Origin: Candidatus Omnitrophota bacterium
Lineage (GTDB): Bacteria; Omnitrophota; Gorgyraeia; Gygaellales; Profunditerraquicolaceae
Assembly (NCBI GenBank): GCA_017992455.1
Contig: JAGOOP010000004.1
Coordinates: 24,567 to 88,566, forward strand
Length of the DNA stretch: 64,000 nucleotides
Direction of reading: 5' to 3'
The notes under the pieces were generated by a model. It did no database searches. It saw only the letters and a list, made by a program, of their open reading frames with translations, and was not told where the DNA came from. This document shows, piece by piece, positions 58,514 through 64,000 of the stretch. Every line of letters starts with the position of its first letter. The first letter of the stretch is position 1. A program made the translations under genes and the position numbers.

Positions 58514-59305
58514 CTACGAATAGCTGTGGAGACCGGGGAGGATGAAGTTGACGCCGATGAAGGTGAAGAGCGTTGCGAGGAAGCCGAGGATGCACAGCCA
58601 GGAGGCTTTGGCATCCCGCCAGCCGCGCAGGATGCGCATATGCAGATATACGACGTACACGAGCCAGGTGATCAGCGAACAGGTTTCTTTCGGGTCCCAG
58701 CCCCAGTACGTTCCCCAGGCCGCATCCGCCCAGGCAGACCCGGTCGTCATGCCGATGGTCAAGAACGGGAACCCGAATATGATGAGCCGGTACATGAGCG
58801 TATCGAGAAGCCGCAGCGGATCCGCCCCTGCGCTGCGCCGCATGTTCGATACGATATACAGGATGCCGAGCACGAACGCAAGGCTTATTGCGCCGTAGCC
58901 GATAAAATAGGTGATGACATGCACCGCCATCCATTTGCTCTGTAATGCGGGCACGAGCGGCTTCAGAGCGCTTGAGCCGAAGAACGCTCCGAAGAGCAGG
59001 CATAACGCAAGCATCAACGAAGGGATGAACAGGACTGCGGCGCGATACATGCGGTCGAATATGAAATACACCGCGATGATCGCCCACGAGAACAGGATAA
59101 GCGATTCGTACATGCTGGCGAACGGCGGCCGGCCTGCCGCATGCCAGCGCGCGAGGATCAGTCCGGAATGGAACAAAAACCCGATACGCATGCACCACAG
59201 CGCGAGCTTCTGTCCCGCCCCCTGCTTCCGCGCCGGCGCAATGCCGGTAAAGACAGCGGCTGCGATATACGAGATAAAACAGGCTTTTAAGAGATGATCA
59301 GTCAT
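58514..59305 (-). CDS. ccsA: cytochrome c biogenesis (system II) haem-handling protein CcsA/ResC
   Basis: Trp-rich WGTYWGWDPKE motif; ORF 58514..59329, ATG 59305 preferred. Confidence 0.85.
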   Translation of the reverse strand: MTDHLLKACFISYIAAAVFTGIAPARKQGAGQKLALWCMRIGFLFHSGLILARWHAAGRPPFASMYESLILFSWAIIAVYFIFDRMYRAAVLFIPSLMLALCLLFGAFFGSSALKPLVPALQSKWMAVHVITYFIGYGAISLAFVLGILYIVSNMRRSAGADPLRLLDTLMYRLIIFGFPFLTIGMTTGSAWADAAWGTYWGWDPKETCSLITWLVYVVYLHMRILRGWRDAKASWLCILGFLATLFTFIGVNFILPGLHSYS

Positions 59306-60320
59306 TGCGTTGGGCACGTACCGGGGCAAGCGACGCTTTGAATTTAGGATAAAAGATCGCGATGATGCCGATATTCATGAGGATAAAACCCAGGAACACG
59401 ATCCTGACGCCCGGGTCATACACGACGTCAAGGCCGGTCCAGGAAAGCTCTACGGAATCATAGCGGGATTGATACAGCGTATACCCGCGGTATGAAAGCG
59501 GAGCATTGACCTTGATGTCCGCAGTAAAAGATGCATGCCGCTGCGGATCGGTGACGCGCACCCTGCTGCGGTATGCCTTGATGTGCGGCTCGAGATCGAA
59601 CCGGAAACGCACATTGGGGTCGCCCCCCATTTCTATGTCGGGATGCAGGGAGAACACCCACCGCTCTCCGGCGCCGGTCGGCCCGGTCACGCGGACCAGC
59701 ACAGCAGGGTTCAGGGGCTGCGGGGAACGGCTCACGGGCGTATGGTCCTGGTCAAAGACAAAATGAGGGATGTATTGCAGGACCGAGAACGAATACCCCG
59801 TATCCCCGAGCTGATATTCCTGCCCCGGCTGCGCCAGATATTTTCCGACGAAATCGGCATTTTCGACGCGCGCGCGCATGGGATACCCCTCATGCGCCGT
59901 TTCATACCATTCGAGGGAAAAATCCTCGAGCGTCACGATGAACGGAAGCTCCCGCGCGCCGCCGGCGGCCATGAACTCATCGGAGCTCTGGCCTTCAGAC
60001 AGTTCCATCGAACCGCGGAACCCGAACACCGCGCTCATGAGACAGCCGAGCAGGATGACCAGGACCGATGCATGGGTAACGGCGGATGCGATCTTTGCCC
60101 GATGGAAGAAAAGACGGTCGATGCTGCATGCGAGCAGGTTGAGGGCGAACGCAGCCAGCAGGCAGAAAAACCATACGCTTGAATAAACAAGCGGCTGCTT
60201 TTCCGCAGGCAAAAGCGCGCCGGCGAACGATACGGCGATGATGGCCCACAACAAAACGAGCGTGAGCCTGACAGAGCCCAGCGCCTTCCAGACCGGATTT
60301 CCCGTGAGAGATCTTTTCAT
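59298..60320 (-). CDS. resB: cytochrome c biogenesis protein ResB/Ccs1 (short form)
   Basis: N-terminal LGSVRLTLVLLWAI pattern, large periplasmic domain, C-terminal TM; adjacent ccsA. Confidence 0.75.
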   Translation of the reverse strand: MKRSLTGNPVWKALGSVRLTLVLLWAIIAVSFAGALLPAEKQPLVYSSVWFFCLLAAFALNLLACSIDRLFFHRAKIASAVTHASVLVILLGCLMSAVFGFRGSMELSEGQSSDEFMAAGGARELPFIVTLEDFSLEWYETAHEGYPMRARVENADFVGKYLAQPGQEYQLGDTGYSFSVLQYIPHFVFDQDHTPVSRSPQPLNPAVLVRVTGPTGAGERWVFSLHPDIEMGGDPNVRFRFDLEPHIKAYRSRVRVTDPQRHASFTADIKVNAPLSYRGYTLYQSRYDSVELSWTGLDVVYDPGVRIVFLGFILMNIGIIAIFYPKFKASLAPVRAQRND

Positions 60321-60326
60321 AAAATA

Positions 60327-61619
60327 TTACACGCGCCTCGCCGCGGATGCAGCAGCCATGATGGTCTTTTTAAGGTCCTGCTCCGTATGCGCGAACGAAA
60401 AAAAGTTCGCCTCGAACTGGGACGGCGCGGTATAGATGCCGCTCTCAAGCATTGCCCCGAAGAAACGGGCGTACGCTTTCGTATCCGATGATCTCGCCGA
60501 CGCGTAATCACGGACACGCGCGCCGGTGAAAAAAACCGTGAACATGGATCCGGCGCGGTTGATCACAGCACGGACCCCGCTTCGTTTGAGAATATCCTCG
60601 ATCACCCGGCACAGTTCGGTCGTATCCGCATTGAGCCGGGTGTAATCCTTGTCCTGAAGCGCTTTCAGCACGGCGATGCCTGCGGCGACCGCAACGGGAT
60701 TGCCCGACAGGGTCCCTGCCTGATATACCTTTCCCGCCGGAGAAAGGTGATCCATGATCTCTTTCCTGCCCCCGTAGGCGGCCAGCGGCATGCCTCCTCC
60801 GATGATCTTGCCCAGGCACGTCAGGTCGGGCTCGATGCCGAACAGGCTCTGCACGCCGCCGTAGGTAAAACGGAACCCGCTGATGACCTCGTCGAAGATC
60901 AGCACGATCCCGTATTTGCGCGTCACTTCCCGCAGGGCTGCAAGGAACCCCGGATCAGGCAATATAACGCCCATGTTCGCCGCAACGGGCTCCACGATGA
61001 CCGCGGCGATCTCTTTATGCTTCGAACGCACGATGCGGCTGACCGCGTCGATATCATTATACGCGCACACGATCGTGTCCCTGCTCGTGCCGGCCGTCAC
61101 GCCGAGCGAATCCGGGACGCCGAAGGTGGCTCCGCCGGAACCCGCCTTGACCAGAAGGCTGTCGCTGTGGCCGTGATAACATCCTTCGAATTTCAGGATC
61201 TTGTCCCTGCCCGTGGCTCCGCGCGCGAGCCTGATCGCCGACATCGCGGCTTCCGTGCCGGAATTGACCAGCCGTATTTTCTCCATCGAGGGAACGGCGC
61301 GGCAGAGGATCTGCGCGAACAGCGTCTCGTTCCCGGTCGGAGCGCCGAATGACATGCCGCGTCCCGCCGCTTTCCTTACCGCCTCGACGATAGAAGGATA
61401 TGCGTGGCCGAGAACGAGCGCGCCCCACGACATGCAATAATCGACATACCGATCATTATCGGCATCGACGAGATGGCTGCCGGAACCCTGTTTCATGAAC
61501 ACCGGCCCGCCGCCGACCGCCCCGAACGCGCGCACCGGGCTGTTCACTCCGCCGACGAGCACCTCACAGGCCCGTTCGTACAATCCCTTTGACTGTTTAC
61601 CGCGCGCTCTTTTTTTCAT
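60327..61619 (-). CDS. hemL: glutamate-1-semialdehyde 2,1-aminomutase
   Basis: GGVNSPVRAF, class-III aminotransferase; ORF start 61652 or ATG 61619, both overlap PilZ 3' end. Confidence 0.9.
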   Translation of the reverse strand: MKKRARGKQSKGLYERACEVLVGGVNSPVRAFGAVGGGPVFMKQGSGSHLVDADNDRYVDYCMSWGALVLGHAYPSIVEAVRKAAGRGMSFGAPTGNETLFAQILCRAVPSMEKIRLVNSGTEAAMSAIRLARGATGRDKILKFEGCYHGHSDSLLVKAGSGGATFGVPDSLGVTAGTSRDTIVCAYNDIDAVSRIVRSKHKEIAAVIVEPVAANMGVILPDPGFLAALREVTRKYGIVLIFDEVISGFRFTYGGVQSLFGIEPDLTCLGKIIGGGMPLAAYGGRKEIMDHLSPAGKVYQAGTLSGNPVAVAAGIAVLKALQDKDYTRLNADTTELCRVIEDILKRSGVRAVINRAGSMFTVFFTGARVRDYASARSSDTKAYARFFGAMLESGIYTAPSQFEANFFSFAHTEQDLKKTIMAAASAARRV

Positions 61620-61977
61620 TCGGATCCGTTTTCTTCGCTTTCCCGTGGACATAATAGATCAGCCGCAGGCGGTTCTTAAGCTCCAGATTCTCGAAGCGCA
61701 TGCCGGTTTCATATATGAGCTTTCCGTCTTTGTCCCTGCCCGGATGCGTCTTCTGCCAGGCGACCCGCCCCCTGCACGTGAACGGCTTTTCATTATCCGG
61801 CAAATACACGAGCAGATCGATCACCGTATCATCGCTCAGCCTGCGGTCGAAACCCACGCAAAAACCGCCTGCAGAAACGTCGACGGAATACGCGCTGCCC
61901 TCGATCATCTCTTCCTTTATTTTATAGATGATCCGCAGCCTGCCGAAGACCCTTTTATATTTTCTTCGTTCTTCCAT
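61597..61977 (-). CDS. stand-alone PilZ-domain protein inside the haem operon
   Basis: ORF 61597..62106 trimmed to ATG 61977 (TGATG overlap with ahbAB stop); RRKYKR (RRxxxR), DVSAGG (DxSxxG). Confidence 0.8.
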   Translation of the reverse strand: MEERRKYKRVFGRLRIIYKIKEEMIEGSAYSVDVSAGGFCVGFDRRLSDDTVIDLLVYLPDNEKPFTCRGRVAWQKTHPGRDKDGKLIYETGMRFENLELKNRLRLIYYVHGKAKKTDPNEKKSAR

Positions 61978-62972
61978 CAGGAGGTGCGGGCCGGTTGACC
62001 CGCGTGAAAGCGCGTTTTTTTCAATTCCCTGACCGTGTACAGAACCTTCATGCCTTTTATTGTATGCCCGAGCGAACGCAAAATCAACTGCAATATTTTC
62101 CGGCACGCCTTTCGGTCAGCCGCGTGTATCATGGTATACATCGTGTACGGCCAGCCCGGCCGGGTCTTTCTTTGGTAACAATGGGATATCGGGCTGATCT
62201 GCGACAGCACCCGCGCCGCCCGGGAAATATCTTTTCGGTCTATCTGCCACGCGACGAGCGCGTTCGTCGTGAGGCCGATCTTATGATGGTCAAGCACGGC
62301 GCCGAACCTGCGGATGAGCTTTTTTCCCAGGGCTGTCCGGATACGCTCAAGCACCGCGTTTTCACTGCAGCCGATGCTGCGCGCCAGGGCCGCAAACGGC
62401 CGGCCGCTGAGATCCAGTTCCGTGCCCAGCTGCGCCAGCGCCCTGCGGCCGGGCGCGGCATATTTTTTTGACACCCTTCGCCCTGCGCATCCGCCCTGCG
62501 GCCTGTTTCTGCGCGGCTGATCCGCCAGCGGGAAGCGCGCATCGATCTTGAACATCCTGACCGTCGGCAGGTCCAGCCATTTCGAGATCCCCGCGTCCTG
62601 GCATATCCGTCCGACCAATGCCCTGCGCCGGCGGTCCGTCCGGCAGGTGATCGTGAACCACATATTATATTCGTCATCCCGCAGATAATTATGCGTTATT
62701 TCCGGATGGCTGTTTATGACAACGCTTACGCGCCGTATCCTGTCTGCAGGCACTGCGAGCGCGACCAGGCTGGAACGGAAACCCGCCTTTTTCGTATCGA
62801 GCACTGCGCCGATATACCGGATGACCCCGTCGGCGCGGAAGCGGCGCACCATGCGAAAGACCGATACAGGCCGCATATGAAGACGTTGGGCGATGACCGC
62901 ATAGGGCTGCGGGTCAAGAGGGAAATCATCCTGCAGGTATGACAGAACAAGCCTGTCTTTTTTATTCAGCAT
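61977..62972 (-). CDS. ahbAB: fused siroheme decarboxylase AhbA/AhbB (NirD/L/G/H, AsnC-like tandem)
   Basis: ORF 61977..63266 trimmed to ATG 62972 (MLNKKDRLVLSYLQDDFPL). Two HTH plus effector repeats ending HPEITHNYLR and ISPISHCYQR. Confidence 0.75.
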   Translation of the reverse strand: MLNKKDRLVLSYLQDDFPLDPQPYAVIAQRLHMRPVSVFRMVRRFRADGVIRYIGAVLDTKKAGFRSSLVALAVPADRIRRVSVVINSHPEITHNYLRDDEYNMWFTITCRTDRRRRALVGRICQDAGISKWLDLPTVRMFKIDARFPLADQPRRNRPQGGCAGRRVSKKYAAPGRRALAQLGTELDLSGRPFAALARSIGCSENAVLERIRTALGKKLIRRFGAVLDHHKIGLTTNALVAWQIDRKDISRAARVLSQISPISHCYQRKTRPGWPYTMYTMIHAADRKACRKILQLILRSLGHTIKGMKVLYTVRELKKTRFHAGQPARTS

Positions 62973-63963
62973 GTTTGACTGCCGGCGCGAACAGAGCGCA
63001 ATCGGGATCCTCGGCCATATAATCGCCGAAGTTATAGTATGCGCGGGCCCTGCATCCGCCGCAGGTCTGCTTATTGCCGCAGGTCCCGCATGCGCCGCCG
63101 TAGGCGAGCGTGCGCAATTTCGTAAAAACAGGATTGGCCTTCCACATCGCGCTGAAGGGCTCCTGACGGACATTGCCGACCAACAGCGGCAGGTACGGGC
63201 ACGGATGAACGTCGCCGTTAGGCAGGATACAGCAATAGGAAGTTCCGGCAAGGCAGCCGCGCGCAAACCGCATGTCAGTGCCCATGTGCTTTGCCAGGGG
63301 CACGAACTGCGGCGCGCACACCGGTTTCAGCTCGATCGGACAGTCCTTTTGCCTGCGCAGGATCTGTTCAAGCACGCGCCTGATATCCTGCGCGCTGATA
63401 AATACACTGTTGATATCCTTGCCCCGGCCCGTCGGCACTAAAAAGAAGATATGGTGCGCCTTTGCGCCGAGGGTGATAGCGAAATCCGTTATATCCATGA
63501 TCTCGTTGAAATTCCGCCTGGTCACGGTCGTATGCACCTGGAAATCAAGGCCGTGTTCTTTGCACATACGCATGGCAGCGACCGTCGCGTCCCATGCGCC
63601 TTTGTGCTTACGGAATGCGTCATGGATAGCGGCGTCTGTGCTGTCAAGGCTGATGCCCGCGCGCGCGATCCCGGCGGTTTTCAGCCGCCGGACGATCTCA
63701 GGCGTAAAGAGCGTGCCGTTCGAACCGAGCACCGGCCGCAGCCCTGCGGACCGTGCGTGCGCGATCAGATCGAATATATCCGTGCGCATGAGCGGCTCTC
63801 CGCCGCTCAATATGATGATCTGAAAGCCGGCTTTGGCGATCTCATCGAGCAGCGCCCTGCCTTCGTCCGTCGTTAATTCCTGCGGGGCCCTGTCGCCGGC
63901 GTCGCGGTAACAATGCTCGCACCTCAGATTGCACACCTTTGTCGTGTTCCAGGAAATGATCAT
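62962..63963 (-). CDS. radical SAM/SPASM haem biosynthesis enzyme, AhbC/AhbD (NirJ) family
   Basis: CNLRCEHCY radical-SAM cluster, C-terminal CGTCGNKQTCGGCRARAY; track start 63972 is TTG, ATG 63963 preferred. Confidence 0.8.
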   Translation of the reverse strand: MIISWNTTKVCNLRCEHCYRDAGDRAPQELTTDEGRALLDEIAKAGFQIIILSGGEPLMRTDIFDLIAHARSAGLRPVLGSNGTLFTPEIVRRLKTAGIARAGISLDSTDAAIHDAFRKHKGAWDATVAAMRMCKEHGLDFQVHTTVTRRNFNEIMDITDFAITLGAKAHHIFFLVPTGRGKDINSVFISAQDIRRVLEQILRRQKDCPIELKPVCAPQFVPLAKHMGTDMRFARGCLAGTSYCCILPNGDVHPCPYLPLLVGNVRQEPFSAMWKANPVFTKLRTLAYGGACGTCGNKQTCGGCRARAYYNFGDYMAEDPDCALFAPAVKHAE

Positions 63964-63972
63964 AAAGTTCAA

Positions 63973-64000
63973 GGGCTAAAAACGGGGTCAGAATTATTTA
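63973..64000. repeat. family-1 repeat arm, truncated by window end
   Basis: GGGCTAAAAACGGGGTCAGAATTATTTA; abuts the 5' end of the ahbC/D ORF. Confidence 0.85.

Noticed and set aside
61977-63266. N-terminally extended versions of real genes in the ORF track: 429-aa ahbAB, 305-aa receiver protein (to 54262), 233-aa tmk (to 14720), 174-aa cytochrome (to 39587), 171-aa protease (to 41442), 110-aa hypA (to 41030) and 169-aa PilZ (to 62106).
   Set aside because: The extensions overlap the upstream gene, are Arg/Ser/Ala-rich and lack homology-like sequence. Internal starts with good Shine-Dalgarno sequences coincide with the canonical N-termini of the families. The track also counts GTG and TTG as M.

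Overview
GC-rich, gene-dense bacterial chromosomal segment with about 75 CDS, mostly on the minus strand. All calls come from reading the translations and DNA for motifs; no database search was run.

Layout:
- Bases 1-33.2 kb are housekeeping genes. From 31068 down to 4711 they form one co-directional minus-strand array: lysS, lolCD, ilvE, mcsA-mcsB-clpC, mlaEFD, radA, PIN/TRAM, ispDF, cysE-cysS, tmk-holB-ricT, metG-tatD, mtnA, thiL-tsaE-tsaB, and an alr gene carrying a C-terminal PilZ domain. The plus-strand comF-lptF-lptG group lies left of it, and hldD-truB lies right of it.
- 33.3-48.7 kb is a redox, nickel and taxis block. It holds cheW-MCP-secreted Cache, a PilZ gene, a tetraheme cytochrome c followed by an MCP with a periplasmic CxxCH motif, tatB-tatC-tatA, a Tat-exported [NiFe] hydrogenase with its protease and a zinc-domain-less HypA, and divergent hypFCDE.
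- 48.9-64 kb holds a DUF1189-like membrane protein, recN, and a nikR-porin-nikM-PDGLE-nikQ-nikO operon that continues into a membrane-anchored receiver protein and two hypotheticals. It ends with an operon joining siroheme-dependent haem synthesis (ahb), a PilZ gene, hemL and cytochrome c maturation (resB/ccsA).

The gene content (Lpt, Lol, Mla, heptose epimerase, porin) indicates a diderm, probably anaerobic, H2-using organism. I cannot name the lineage.

Non-coding highlights:
- Two interlocking families of perfect palindromic repeats at six loci.
- A 154-nt element between cysS and tmk closed by a 26-bp perfect stem.
- Eight near-consensus sigma70 promoters.
- Candidate leader terminators in front of cheW and the hydrogenase operon.

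I recognised no rRNA, tRNA, CRISPR array, transposase or integrase.

My best candidate for an undescribed system is the contiguous hydrogenase / Tat / multihaem cytochrome / haem-MCP / CheW-MCP-Cache / PilZ block, a putative H2- or redox-taxis module. It sits alongside an unusual spread of PilZ domains: one fused to alanine racemase and one embedded in the haem operon.
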